Positions 8,539 through 19,348 of a DNA stretch of 64,000 bases are shown piece after piece. Both the position numbers and the translations under genes were made by a program. The DNA lies in sequence record SRR2962707_2080; one strand, 5' to 3'. The notes below the pieces were generated by a model. It searched no databases. It worked only from the letters and a program-made list of their open reading frames with translations, and had not been told where the DNA came from. Within the stretch, counting starts at the first letter, position 1. Each line of letters starts with the position of its first letter.

Positions 8539-9786
8539 ATGGATATGAGAATCATCAATGCACGCTTAAGACAAAAAACCGAGCTCTATACCATAGAGAT
8601 CGAAAAAGGTCTGTTTTCTGCCATTAACACGCAAGACAAGTCACTCGCCGCGAGCGAAGGTGACATTGATGCTCGTGGGCAGCTGTTGTGCGCGCCATTT
8701 GTAGAGCCTCATATTCATCTTGATGCAGCCTTAACCGCCGGCGAACCAGAATGGAATCGCAGCGGTACCTTGTTTGAAGGCATCGAGCGCTGGTCACAAC
8801 GCAAGCCCATGCTCAACCGTGAGGATATTCGCCGCCGCGTTAAAGAAACCTTAGCCTTATTGATCGACAATGGCGTGCAGCACATTCGCACTCATATCGA
8901 CACCACAGACCCTTCACTGATTGCTATGCGCACCCTATGTGAGCTGCGCGACGAGCTAAAAGACGTATTAGACATTCAAGTGGTGGCCTTCCCGCAAGAA
9001 GGCATTCACTCTTACCCAAATGGCGAAGCTTTAATGGCACAAGCCATGGAAATCGGTGCCGACGTTGTCGGTGGAATTCCGCACTTCGAATACACTCGAG
9101 AGCTGGGCGAAAAGTCCGTTAAAACCCTGATTCAATTAGCGCTGAAGTACGATCGTTTAGTGGATGTGCATTGCGATGAAATCGACGATCCAAATTCGCG
9201 CTTTTTGGAGTTTCTCGCGCACGAGGCAATGCAAGCTGGGATTGGCGATCGAGTCACGGCAAGTCACACAACCGCGATGCATTCTTACGATAACGCCTAC
9301 TGTTCAAAGCTATTCCGTTTGCTCAAGCATTCCGGCATTCATTTTGTCTCTTGTCCAACAGAAAGCATTCATCTGCAGGGTCGCTTTGACTCCTACCCAA
9401 AACGCCGCGGCTTAACCCGTGTTAAAGAGCTCACCGCGGCAGGAATGAACGTCGGCCTTGCGCAAGACTCCATCTTCGACCCTTGGTATTCGCTGGGTAA
9501 TGGCAAGCTGTTACGCTCGCTGGATTTCGGCCTGCATATCTGCCAAATGATGGGCTATGACGATTTTGTTCGTGCTTTGGATTTTATTACCGACAACAGC
9601 GCCAAACTGATGCAGCTGAAAAACTACGGCATTGTTGAGGGTCATCCAGCCAATGCTATTTTGTTAAGCGGCGAAGACGATTACAGCGTACTGCGTAACC
9701 AAGGTGAGGTACTATTGAATCTGCGCCATGGCAAAATTTTGATGCAACGACAGCCTTCCACCGTTACTCAACGAGTCAGCTTGTAA
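8539..9786 (+). CDS. codA: Cytosine deaminase
   Basis: PFVEPHIHLD, SGTLFEGIERW, VAFPQEG, DVHCDEIDD, VTASHTTAM, DPWY motifs of E. coli-type CodA. Confidence 0.93.
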   Translation: MDMRIINARLRQKTELYTIEIEKGLFSAINTQDKSLAASEGDIDARGQLLCAPFVEPHIHLDAALTAGEPEWNRSGTLFEGIERWSQRKPMLNREDIRRRVKETLALLIDNGVQHIRTHIDTTDPSLIAMRTLCELRDELKDVLDIQVVAFPQEGIHSYPNGEALMAQAMEIGADVVGGIPHFEYTRELGEKSVKTLIQLALKYDRLVDVHCDEIDDPNSRFLEFLAHEAMQAGIGDRVTASHTTAMHSYDNAYCSKLFRLLKHSGIHFVSCPTESIHLQGRFDSYPKRRGLTRVKELTAAGMNVGLAQDSIFDPWYSLGNGKLLRSLDFGLHICQMMGYDDFVRALDFITDNSAKLMQLKNYGIVEGHPANAILLSGEDDYSVLRNQGEVLLNLRHGKILMQRQPSTVTQRVSL

Positions 9787-11181
9787 ATGTCTTTATCGTC
9801 GCCACACAAAACAGATCCACTTAACGCACCAAAAACAGGTCTTTCACAACGTGCGCAGTTATCCATTGCCGCTTGGTTGGAATCCAACACACAGTTTCGC
9901 TTACCCAACCAAGCAGCGACTTTAAAAGGGGCTCTGCAATCGCTGAGCGCCTCGCCACAAGAGAAAAGTTACCTAGCGCAAGCGGAGCAATTAAGACGCT
10001 ATTTTATGCGCGGTTTGTTGCTGCTTTTTGCACTGACCTTTGTCTTAGGTTTGCTGGCTGTGCCACCTGCTTTTGCGGTCTCAGCGTCTGGTAAGGTGAA
10101 TATTTTCTGGTTGCTGATCGTCATGCTGGGGTTTCATGGAATCAATCTCGCCATCTGGTTTGTTGGTATGTTGGCGCTGGGACGTTCATCGAACCAATCG
10201 AAAGGCATTGTACTCAGCACCCTTATATTCCTGAACCAAAAGATTGGTAAGTATTCACATATAAACACGGACACCAGTTCGGCATTTTGGCATTGGCAGT
10301 GCCCTGCTCATTCTAATCGTTGGCTATTAAGCACTATTTCACATACTGCTTGGCTGAGTTATTTACTCGCGGGCTTTCTTATGACCCTGCTGCTGTTGCT
10401 CACCAATCAGGTCAATTTTGTTTGGGAAACCACACTATTAGACGACCAACAGTTTCTTTGGCTCACGCAACAACTCAGTATTCTGCCAAATTTATTGGGG
10501 ATCACAGTCCCCAATCAAGTCGACATTCTTGCCAGCCGCGTCGACATCATTTCTCAATCCGCCAGCACCAGACAGCACTGGGCTAGCTTACTGCTCGCCA
10601 GCTTAATCTTGTATGGCGTATTACCGCGACTTTTACTGGGTGTTATTAGCCTGCTTATGTATCGCTTGAAACGCGTAACCTTACCCAAAACAACACAAGA
10701 GCAAGCCATTGAGCGCCGCTATCAAGAACACGCCAATAGCCACATAATCGATAAAGAAACGCTCGATAAAGCAAAAACACAACGCCACACAAGCGCGTCC
10801 AATGCTCACCAGCAAGTTAGACTAACCGTCCTTCCCCAAGAGGCTCTCAGCCAAGTATGGGGATTGTTTGAATGGAGCCAAGCCGCGCCAACTTGCCTCG
10901 CCGGAGCCAGCCTTGTCACCATGCTCAATGACGCCAGCCAACAACACGCCTTTTTAGCAACACCTCATCCACAGCCGATGTACATTCTGGTGGATGGCGA
11001 GCACAGCCCTGATCGTGGCTCTCGGCGCTTTTTATTAAACGCGATCACCTCACACCCTGATGTCTCTTTAGTCATAGCGAATGGGCAGAGCGCCCCATTT
11101 GCCACCGATTGGCAGCGCACAGGGCTGGAATCTGGCATTCATCCAGAGCGTCTTTTTCGCCTAATGGATGATAAGGAGTAA
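9787..11181 (+). CDS. DUF2868-like membrane protein
   Basis: Hydrophobic N-terminal region, FVWETTLL and YGVLPR motifs, PDRG near the C-terminus; upstream of a DUF3482 GTPase. Confidence 0.7.
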   Translation: MSLSSPHKTDPLNAPKTGLSQRAQLSIAAWLESNTQFRLPNQAATLKGALQSLSASPQEKSYLAQAEQLRRYFMRGLLLLFALTFVLGLLAVPPAFAVSASGKVNIFWLLIVMLGFHGINLAIWFVGMLALGRSSNQSKGIVLSTLIFLNQKIGKYSHINTDTSSAFWHWQCPAHSNRWLLSTISHTAWLSYLLAGFLMTLLLLLTNQVNFVWETTLLDDQQFLWLTQQLSILPNLLGITVPNQVDILASRVDIISQSASTRQHWASLLLASLILYGVLPRLLLGVISLLMYRLKRVTLPKTTQEQAIERRYQEHANSHIIDKETLDKAKTQRHTSASNAHQQVRLTVLPQEALSQVWGLFEWSQAAPTCLAGASLVTMLNDASQQHAFLATPHPQPMYILVDGEHSPDRGSRRFLLNAITSHPDVSLVIANGQSAPFATDWQRTGLESGIHPERLFRLMDDKE

Positions 11182-11183
11182 CT

Positions 11184-12599
11184 GTGTCGATTTCTCTTTT
11201 GGTAGTGGGTCATGCCAATACAGGCAAAACCTCTTTGATTCGTACCTTGCTGCGCCAACAATCGTTTGGTGAAATCAGCAATCAAGCAGGCACCACACGC
11301 CATGTAGAAAGCGCGGTGCTCACATTGGCCGGAAAAACCCTGCTTACCTTGACCGACACCCCAGGCTTTGAAGATTCTATTGGCCTTTGGGAAGCTCGCC
11401 AAAAAGCCCCATTCGCCGCCTACCAAGGCGCAGATTGGATCGCCCCTTTTTGCCAGAGCCACTTAGCCAATGATGAGTTTGAGCAAGAGGCTAAAATTCT
11501 CAAACAATTGGATCGCTGCGATATCATTCTGTACGTGGTGGATATCCGCCAAGCACCATTGGGTAAATACCTCGACGAACTGACACTGCTCGCCAGTGCC
11601 AGTAAACCCATAGTACCGATTCTAAATTTCAGCGCGGCGCCCAGCGCGCACTTAGAGGCATGGCGAAAAGTGTTAGCGGCTCGCCACCTTCATGCGGTGG
11701 TACGCTATGATTCGGTCGCCTTTTACTTCGAAGATGAAAAACGACTTTACCAGAGCCTACAAAGCTTGATGCCCGACCATTACAACGACATTGACGCCCT
11801 GCTTAAAAGCCGTGAAGAAGCCGCACAATCACGTCGAAGCGCCGCCATTGAATTACTCGCCAACTTACAAATCAATGCCGCAAGCAGTCGTAAACGCTGC
11901 GCTCAACACCCCCCTCTGGCCTCCGATGTGAGCGAGTTTGAAAACCAAATCAGACGCTTGGAAAGCCAATTTATTCGTGCCTTATTACAGCTATATGCGT
12001 TTCGAGAAGAGGATGTGTTACCTGATAATTTTTCTATTCAAAGTGGTGCCTGGCAGCAAGATATTTTTGCTCTAGACACGTTAAAAGAATGGGGACTAAA
12101 CACTGGGGCTAGCGCGATGACCGGCGCCGCGATTGGGGCTGGAATCGATGTGATGACCGGTGGTTTATCATTAGGTGCTGCCACCACTATAGGCGCTATT
12201 TTAGGCGCGTCTTGGCAAACCAGTCGTCACTATAAAGACACCTTAAAAAGCAAATTCACAGGACGCCATTATCTGTGTGTTGAACCCGCCACATTGGGCG
12301 TGCTCTGTTTGCGAGGACTCGCGCTTATTGGTCACCTTGACCAACGAGGACACGCATCACAACAAGCCTACTACTTAGACACAGCGGCTCTGAACAACAC
12401 AGCGTCAGACAAAAAAGAAGCACAAGAAAAGCACGTTAAACGCTTAATCGAGACGTTAACACCAATCTGGAAGAACGCTCAACAGCACCCAGAGTGGGCG
12501 AGTCAAGAATTGGCTGCTGACCACGCGAGTAAACAGGCGCTTATTCAGGTACTCACCGACACGCTGCGTCAGAGCAGCCGGCCAAAAAGAACAGCTTAA
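11184..12599 (+). CDS. GTPase with DUF3482-like C-terminal domain
   Basis: G1 GHANTGKT, G2 GTT, G3 DTPG; glycine-zipper GAAIGAGID..TGGLSLGAA. Confidence 0.8.
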   Translation: MSISLLVVGHANTGKTSLIRTLLRQQSFGEISNQAGTTRHVESAVLTLAGKTLLTLTDTPGFEDSIGLWEARQKAPFAAYQGADWIAPFCQSHLANDEFEQEAKILKQLDRCDIILYVVDIRQAPLGKYLDELTLLASASKPIVPILNFSAAPSAHLEAWRKVLAARHLHAVVRYDSVAFYFEDEKRLYQSLQSLMPDHYNDIDALLKSREEAAQSRRSAAIELLANLQINAASSRKRCAQHPPLASDVSEFENQIRRLESQFIRALLQLYAFREEDVLPDNFSIQSGAWQQDIFALDTLKEWGLNTGASAMTGAAIGAGIDVMTGGLSLGAATTIGAILGASWQTSRHYKDTLKSKFTGRHYLCVEPATLGVLCLRGLALIGHLDQRGHASQQAYYLDTAALNNTASDKKEAQEKHVKRLIETLTPIWKNAQQHPEWASQELAADHASKQALIQVLTDTLRQSSRPKRTA

Positions 12600-12616
12600 T
12601 AGCCAGCGCTCGTCAT

Positions 12617-13339
12617 CTAGGCGTTGTTCTTGAGCTCGTCGTCTAGGCGCTGTTTTGTTTCGTGCATGAGCGTTTCGCACTGTTTCACCAAATGCACGAC
12701 ATCGGTCTCATGCAACCCTTCGGTGCTGATCGGTGGCAGCATTTCAACAATCACTTTGCCATTGCTCCAACGGTTCACCTTCACTTGTTCGTGGGTATTA
12801 CTGCACACGATGGGAATAATAGGAACGCCAGCTTGTACCGCCGCATGAAATGCCCCTCGCTTAAACGGTAACCAGCCTCGACCTCGGCTGCGAGATCCCT
12901 CAGGAAACATAAAAATAGACAATCCAGTGGTTTTCATCCCTGCCACGACTTGATCGATGGTTGCGATGGCCTTCTTTTTGTTCTCACGATTGATCATGAT
13001 ATTGCCGCTAATCCAATACAAGGCGCCGAAAAAAGGCACCCAACGTAAAGAGCTTTTGCCCACCGTCACAGCGCCTTTAGGAAACACCACAGGCACAGTA
13101 AAAAGGTCAAAATTGTTTTGATGATTAGACACATACACAGCTTGAGGAACCGACTTTGAGGCGTCTGCCATTCGACCTTCTACTGATAGACCAAACAAGG
13201 GCGCGACTCGAATAAAAATTTTGCTAAGGTGATAAACCCGATCTTTAGACCCCAACCTAAAAGCGCAATAAACCAGCCCCCATAAGGTGACGCCGATAAT
13301 CAGAATCAGTAATAAAATCATGCGTATTAGAAACAACAT
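12617..13339 (-). CDS. plsC: 1-acyl-sn-glycerol-3-phosphate acyltransferase
   Basis: NHQNNFD and FPEGSRS motifs, FKRGAFH; start set at MLFLIR. Confidence 0.93.
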   Translation of the reverse strand: MLFLIRMILLLILIIGVTLWGLVYCAFRLGSKDRVYHLSKIFIRVAPLFGLSVEGRMADASKSVPQAVYVSNHQNNFDLFTVPVVFPKGAVTVGKSSLRWVPFFGALYWISGNIMINRENKKKAIATIDQVVAGMKTTGLSIFMFPEGSRSRGRGWLPFKRGAFHAAVQAGVPIIPIVCSNTHEQVKVNRWSNGKVIVEMLPPISTEGLHETDVVHLVKQCETLMHETKQRLDDELKNNA

Positions 13340-13471
13340 ATGCGAACTTACCTTGCCCTCAAAAATAAATACAACCAAACCACATTGGCGCAACTCAGAC
13401 GCTGCGACTCTTGCTAGTTGTTATGAGCAACCGCCCTGATTGCTCAGCCATCAAGGCGGCACAACGATCTG

Positions 13472-15769
13472 TTAAGCAGGCTGAAACGCTTGCTGCCATT
13501 GTAGAAAATCGTCTGCCATAAGTGGTTTAGAGAAATAATAACCTTGTATTTTATCACATTGATAATGCTCAAGAAGCGCAACACCTTCGATATTCTCGGC
13601 GCCTTCTGCGGTCACTTGGAAGCCCAAACTGTGAGATAGTTCAATCGATGCTTTCACAATAAACTCATCCCCCTTGTTGGTATCAATGTATTGAATAAAT
13701 GCCCGGTCAATTTTCACTTCATTGACCGGCAATTCGCGTAAATACGCCAATGAAGACTGTCCCGTGCCAAAATCATCAATCGCTAAATGAATCCCTAACG
13801 ACTGCAAACCGTTTAGTACTTGAATGACTTTATTACGGTCTTTCATGACCGCACTTTCTGTGACTTCTAACGCCAACGCTTCCACAGGCAATTCGTTTTC
13901 TTTCAGCGCCTGCTCAATAAACTTCGGCAACTGCTCGTTGACCAAATCATGGGCTGATAAATTAATCGCCACCCGAATTCTATGCCCATCACGCCACCAT
14001 ACTTGCAACTGCGACAATACCGTGTTGATAACCCAATGGGTCAGCAACTGAATATTGCCAGCCTGTTCTAACAAAGAAATAAACTCATCGGGTGGAATAA
14101 AACCTAACTCAGGATGCTGCCAACGCACCAAAGCCTCGGCTTCGTTACAATCCTTCCCAGCCACACCCACTTTTGGCTGATACACAACAAACATTTGCTG
14201 TGATTCCAGCGCGGTGGATAAATCGCCGATAATGCGCAACTGGCGCTGATGACTCTCATCTTGGCCGGTTTGGTAAAAGGCAAAGCCTGCTGACTCTTCT
14301 TTGGCTCGGTCAACGGTGATGTCCAAACGGCGCATCGCATCATTGACGCTGGTAATGGTTTCTTCAAAAGGCAAAATGCCCACCGCGACCGACAAATGCA
14401 CTTCCGAACCTTCTACGATAAAGACCGGATCAAAACAGGCGCATAAAGAGTGACATTGCTCAGGTGTGATGTCGCTTTCAAACACTAATAAAAACTGATC
14501 TCCCGCGATACGAGCCTGCATCACAGCGTGACTCGCCCAACCAAGTAAACGCTCTGTCACACTGAGTAATAATGCATCTCCGTTATCAAACCCCAACATA
14601 TTATTAAGGTCTTTGAAATGACGAATATCCACTAGAACTAAGCAGCCATTTTCACGAGGCAGCGTGCTTGCTAGGTGCTGTTCAACAGCGTTTCGGTTAT
14701 ACAATCCAGTGTGCAAATCGTGCAACGCTCGATTGGTCAGCTCCTCTTCGCGCAACGCGATCGAACTTTGCATCGACATCATGGTATTGGATAGCACGCA
14801 AAACTCTCCCGTCACCGCCGGGGCTTTTGCGTCGCTGCCGACCAAACCAATTTGCCGAGCAAATTCGACTAAACGCTCAATCGGCGCGGTCAAGTTTCTC
14901 GCCAGTAAGATACCAACCAACAATGCCAGCGCCAGCGCCCCAGTAAAGATCAACAACAATTGATTGCGCGCCCGATTGTAGCTTTCAAGCCAGGGTTTAT
15001 AAGGCAGATGCAAAACACCCCATTGATCCTTAGCGGTTAAATGAATGCTCAACGAAAGGTATTTATCCGCATTGGTAAATTGTGGCTTTTCCGACATGCC
15101 AGCAACATCTTGTATCTCTTGAAATAAGTCGTGTTTGTCTTGCTCGGGCAAGGTGGAATAGCCAGAGAAATCTTGCCCGCCATTCGTGTCGCCTAAAAAG
15201 CTAATATCCAGCCCTGTGACCGCCTTGATTTGTTCGGCTAATTTTTTATCCAATAAAAAAGTCATGCCCACCCAAGCAATGGTATTCGGGGCTTTAATTG
15301 GCACCAGAACCAATTGATAGGCTTGGCCGTCAAACGAAATCATTGTGTTGATGGCAGCCCCACCAGAGCGGCGTGCGGATTGCACTAAACGCGTCACTGT
15401 CTGGTCAATATTAAGCTCTTTCGTGGCGGCGATAATCTTGCCATCGGGCGCAATAAGCAAAGACACATCGGCGCCAATACGAGCGCCGTGATTCGCAAGA
15501 ACAGAACGAATTGTGCCAATCTCTTGAGTAGCGACCGCTTGTTTGAAACCAAAGTCTGACGCTAAAATTTTTACGCCTTTGGTTAACTGGTCCGCTCGGC
15601 TGCCTAACGAGAGATCAAACACATTTTTCGCTACGTCTATCGCCTGAACGCCTTGCTTGTAATTGTCTTCTTTTAATGAGCTAAGCACCGCCACTGCAGT
15701 TCCTAACTGAACCATCGCAAGCAAGCCCAACAATAAAGCAATTAACCGCGACCGAAAGCTGGTTAACAT
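13472..15769 (-). CDS. Membrane sensor with HAMP, degenerate GGDEF and EAL domains (probable c-di-GMP phosphodiesterase)
   Basis: Two TM segments around a Cache-like region; AGDQF in place of GGDEF; EALVRW, DDFGTG, KIDR, QGY intact. Confidence 0.88.
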   Translation of the reverse strand: MLTSFRSRLIALLLGLLAMVQLGTAVAVLSSLKEDNYKQGVQAIDVAKNVFDLSLGSRADQLTKGVKILASDFGFKQAVATQEIGTIRSVLANHGARIGADVSLLIAPDGKIIAATKELNIDQTVTRLVQSARRSGGAAINTMISFDGQAYQLVLVPIKAPNTIAWVGMTFLLDKKLAEQIKAVTGLDISFLGDTNGGQDFSGYSTLPEQDKHDLFQEIQDVAGMSEKPQFTNADKYLSLSIHLTAKDQWGVLHLPYKPWLESYNRARNQLLLIFTGALALALLVGILLARNLTAPIERLVEFARQIGLVGSDAKAPAVTGEFCVLSNTMMSMQSSIALREEELTNRALHDLHTGLYNRNAVEQHLASTLPRENGCLVLVDIRHFKDLNNMLGFDNGDALLLSVTERLLGWASHAVMQARIAGDQFLLVFESDITPEQCHSLCACFDPVFIVEGSEVHLSVAVGILPFEETITSVNDAMRRLDITVDRAKEESAGFAFYQTGQDESHQRQLRIIGDLSTALESQQMFVVYQPKVGVAGKDCNEAEALVRWQHPELGFIPPDEFISLLEQAGNIQLLTHWVINTVLSQLQVWWRDGHRIRVAINLSAHDLVNEQLPKFIEQALKENELPVEALALEVTESAVMKDRNKVIQVLNGLQSLGIHLAIDDFGTGQSSLAYLRELPVNEVKIDRAFIQYIDTNKGDEFIVKASIELSHSLGFQVTAEGAENIEGVALLEHYQCDKIQGYYFSKPLMADDFLQWQQAFQPA

Positions 15770-16170
15770 CTATGTATATTCCCTTCTGTAAGCATCAATA
15801 TATGCCTTATTAAACAAGCGAAACCGCCAAGAGTTCACCAATCTAGTACCGTCATCGCTTATATTATTAAACGCTTATCTAAAGACTAGTTGATTACCTA
15901 ATTAGAAATTATCCTTTTTTCGACCATTGATCTATCCCTCAGGTTCAATAGAAGCGTCATTAAAAAATCTCCGCCAAGATAATACTATTAAGAAATGAAG
16001 CGAGCCGCCTTATTGGAGGCATGATTGATGTGGGTAAGACATTGTTAATAAAAAATATATGGAGAGTGAGCGCAGTTACCATAAAAACTAACGAGGCCTT
16101 CTTAGGAAGGGGCTACATGTGAGGCTATTTCTACAAAGTACATCAGCCGCATTCGCACCTTCCCAAGAGG

Positions 16171-17160
16171 TTAAGATTGCCAGTGGTTGTCTTGCCAGTA
16201 ATCTATTTGATCGTCTTGTAAGAAACTCCACGCCACGAAGCGGCTTATTTTTTGCCCTTGGGCCATTTCGATGGTTTTTACTTGTCGGGCGCCGGCTTCT
16301 TTCAAAGCACGGTAGATAGCATCAAGATTGCCTTGTCTTGCCACCAAGGACGTAAACCAAAAACAGCGATCCGCATAGTGCGTGCTTTCTTTGATCATTC
16401 GAGACACAAAACCTGCTTCGCCGCCCTCACACCATAATTCAGGTGCGGTGCCACCAAAGTTCAATACTGGCTTTTGATTGTTAGTCACGACCTTGCCTTT
16501 TACACCGCGCCACTTACGGTTCGACTCACTCTGCATAGCGGCTTCGCTGGTATGAAAAGGCGGGTTACAAAGCACCACATCAAAACGTTCTTTTTCTTTC
16601 CAAATGCCGTCAAATAACTTGGCTGCATTGTGTTGCAAGCGAGCACTGATGGCGCCTTTTAAGCAGGCATTGGATTTAATAATGGTTTCGCAGGTTGCCA
16701 CAGCAATAGGGTTAACGTCTGAACCAACAAACTGCCAGCCATATTCTTGATGACCGATAATAGGATAAACGCAATTTGCTCCCACACCAACATCGAGCGC
16801 CCTGACACTTTTCCCTCGAGGAATAACGCCATGGTTACTGCTTGCCAGCAAATCGGCCAGATAATGTATGTAGTCTGCGCGACCCGGAATAGGCGGGCAA
16901 AGATAGCCTGCTGGGATATCCCAAAATGCCACACCATAAAAATGGCTTAAGAGAGCACGATTTAACGTTTTGACAGCATCAGGATTAGCAAAATCCACCG
17001 ACTCATTGCCATATTGATTTGGCTTAATGTAATGAGAGAGTTCAGGACAAGAGTCCGCTAACAACGCAAAGTCGTACCGAGCTTGATGTGGATTGCGTGG
17101 GTGCAACTCAAGCTTATTAGTGCGTCGTCCCTTTGATTGTTTGTTTTTCAATGCCGCCAT
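16171..17160 (-). CDS. rlmF: 23S rRNA (A1618-N6) methyltransferase
   Basis: LHPRN, LCPPIPGRADY, LDVGVGANC, CNPPF, LNFGG...ELWCEGGE, MAQGQK. Confidence 0.96.
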   Translation of the reverse strand: MAALKNKQSKGRRTNKLELHPRNPHQARYDFALLADSCPELSHYIKPNQYGNESVDFANPDAVKTLNRALLSHFYGVAFWDIPAGYLCPPIPGRADYIHYLADLLASSNHGVIPRGKSVRALDVGVGANCVYPIIGHQEYGWQFVGSDVNPIAVATCETIIKSNACLKGAISARLQHNAAKLFDGIWKEKERFDVVLCNPPFHTSEAAMQSESNRKWRGVKGKVVTNNQKPVLNFGGTAPELWCEGGEAGFVSRMIKESTHYADRCFWFTSLVARQGNLDAIYRALKEAGARQVKTIEMAQGQKISRFVAWSFLQDDQIDYWQDNHWQS

Positions 17161-17230
17161 AATGTTGTCGATTTGATCAAAACGTTAGTATAACTGAGTT
17201 TGTCTTTAAGGTGGACTAACTAGATCCCCT

Positions 17231-18163
17231 CTAATCTGCAGGATACGGTATTAAGGTCTTAACGACGCGTTCGCAAATACCTCTAAACCAAATAACGCCT
17301 GGGTCATTTTGTGCCGATCTCGGCCAGCTCAAGTAATAATCTAGAAAGGGAAACTCCATCGGTAAGTCTTTTATCACCAACCCAAACTGGGCGCTAAAAC
17401 GTTCTGGCAATAGACCGCTGTTGCTCATTAATAACGAGGTTCTGCCCACAGTTTCCAACGCGGCCAACATATAAGGAGTGCGAAAAGCAAAATGCCGCTC
17501 GCGGGCGCGCTCACCTAATAAGGCGTCGCTTACCACTGGGTTAGACCCTCCTAGATTCACTAAAACATGCGAGTACGCCAAATAATCCTCTATGGTGATG
17601 CTGTCTTTGCTCGCCAGCTCATGATTAGCCGACATAATACAACGGAACTTTTCACGCCCTAATAGGACTTTTTCAAAACGCTTTGGCAGATGTATATAGT
17701 CACTGCATAAGGCGACATCAATAGAATGCTCCGCTTGATTCAACAAGCTAGATTCTGTCAAGGTGCTGGCCTCTAACGAAGCGAATGGAGCCTCTTGATA
17801 GAACTGCTCAGCAATGGCCGGCATATAGGCTTGCGCTTGGTAATGCGTGGTTTGAATACGAAAGGTTCGATGGCTACTTTGCGCTTGGAATTCAGACGAG
17901 GATCCCAACCCCGCCATTTGTTCTAGCATCTGCTTTAAGGGGGCTTCTAATGCTAAGGCTTTTGACGTGGGCACCATGGCCCTTGAGGTACGGATAAACA
18001 AAGGATCGTCAAACGCATTGCGTAGACGATTTAACAGGCGACTCATCGCCGATTGGCTTAAAAATAATCGCTCTGCAGCACGCCCAACATTACGCTCTTC
18101 CAGCAAATACAGAAGCCCTGTTAGTGATTTCAAATCCAAATGCTGTAGCGCGCTGGGGATCAT
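17231..18163 (-). CDS. LysR family transcriptional regulator
   Basis: N-terminal HTH (RAAERLFLSQSAMSR..RLR..FDDPLF). Confidence 0.92.
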   Translation of the reverse strand: MIPSALQHLDLKSLTGLLYLLEERNVGRAAERLFLSQSAMSRLLNRLRNAFDDPLFIRTSRAMVPTSKALALEAPLKQMLEQMAGLGSSSEFQAQSSHRTFRIQTTHYQAQAYMPAIAEQFYQEAPFASLEASTLTESSLLNQAEHSIDVALCSDYIHLPKRFEKVLLGREKFRCIMSANHELASKDSITIEDYLAYSHVLVNLGGSNPVVSDALLGERARERHFAFRTPYMLAALETVGRTSLLMSNSGLLPERFSAQFGLVIKDLPMEFPFLDYYLSWPRSAQNDPGVIWFRGICERVVKTLIPYPAD

Positions 18164-18272
18164 AAGCTAATTCCGATTTGTGCATAATGGTTAGGACTAT
18201 TATGCATTGGATTTCGCACCAATGGAAAGCCATGATGCTGAGTCGCTCCTTACTTTTTTCAAGGTCATCATT

Positions 18273-19241
18273 ATGCTCACCTCAAAACAAATTTTCCTAT
18301 ATGGCCTCTTTTTTAGCTGTATTACCGTGCTGTTCTGGGGAATGCTGCCGATAGCCTTGAAACTGTCATCTGGTTTTTCGGACCCTATCACCTTAACCTG
18401 GCTACGTTTTTCAGTGGCCGGCATTATTTTAGCCCTATGGCAGTGGCAACGCGGCAAGCTGGGCGAGTTTAAACGCTTGTCCAAAAAGGATTGGCTGCGC
18501 ATTGCCGCCGCCGGCACCTTCTTAATTATCAACTACACCAGCTTTGCTTGGAGCCTACAGTTTTTGCTTCCTGGCTCAGCACAGTTGAGTTTTCAAATTG
18601 CGCCACTGTTCTTAGCATTAGGCGGATTAATTTTCTTAAAGGAAACCATTCATATCAAACAATGGGCCTGCTTTGCCTTGCTTGGTATCGGTATGATGGT
18701 GTTTTTTCACCCAGTATTTTCGAATAATCAAGGCAATACCATCTGGATTGGATTTGCCATTGTGCAGATGTCTGCATTGGCTTGGTCACTCTACGCATTG
18801 CTGCAAAAATCGCTTTTTACTCAGCTATCGCCATCCAACATATTGCTCGCTATTTATGGCTATGCTCTGGTGGTTATGTTGCCTTTTTCTTCCCCTGCGG
18901 AGCTAACCAAGATGTCCTTTACGGATGGCATGGTGGCGGCATTTTGCTGTTTCAATACCTTGATCGCTTACGGAGCATTTGCTCAGGCGTTACGTTATTG
19001 GCAAACCGTTCAAGTAAGTGCTGCGATCGCACTCACTCCTGTTACCGCTTTTATTTTGACTGAAGTTTGCGTGGCATGGGGCGTGTGGCCGGAGATCATT
19101 CAATCCTCTCATGCCGACATGTTAAGTCTATTAGGTATGTTTTTAGTGATTGTGAGCGCCATCAGCGTGCAGTTCATTAGCGCCTCAATGCAGCGTAAGA
19201 AAAATCGAGAAATTCTAGAACAACCGCTTAAAGTGGCGTGA
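18273..19241 (+). CDS. DMT/EamA transporter (YhbE-like)
   Basis: WGMLPIALK...TLTWLRF, NTLIAYGAF motifs; divergent from LysR. Confidence 0.85.
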   Translation: MLTSKQIFLYGLFFSCITVLFWGMLPIALKLSSGFSDPITLTWLRFSVAGIILALWQWQRGKLGEFKRLSKKDWLRIAAAGTFLIINYTSFAWSLQFLLPGSAQLSFQIAPLFLALGGLIFLKETIHIKQWACFALLGIGMMVFFHPVFSNNQGNTIWIGFAIVQMSALAWSLYALLQKSLFTQLSPSNILLAIYGYALVVMLPFSSPAELTKMSFTDGMVAAFCCFNTLIAYGAFAQALRYWQTVQVSAAIALTPVTAFILTEVCVAWGVWPEIIQSSHADMLSLLGMFLVIVSAISVQFISASMQRKKNREILEQPLKVA

Positions 19242-19348
19242 GTATTTGCCTCAAGTCCGCAGAAAAAAACAGCAAGGACGTCCATAGCGAACTACACTAA
19301 AAGAGTCGCAACATCGAATCTTAATGGGTTTGTCATAAGGAGAACAAT

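Noticed and set aside
15770-16170. c-di-GMP riboswitch or hidden gene in the 400-bp intergenic region
   Set aside because: No GEMM-like motif or credible ORF found by eye
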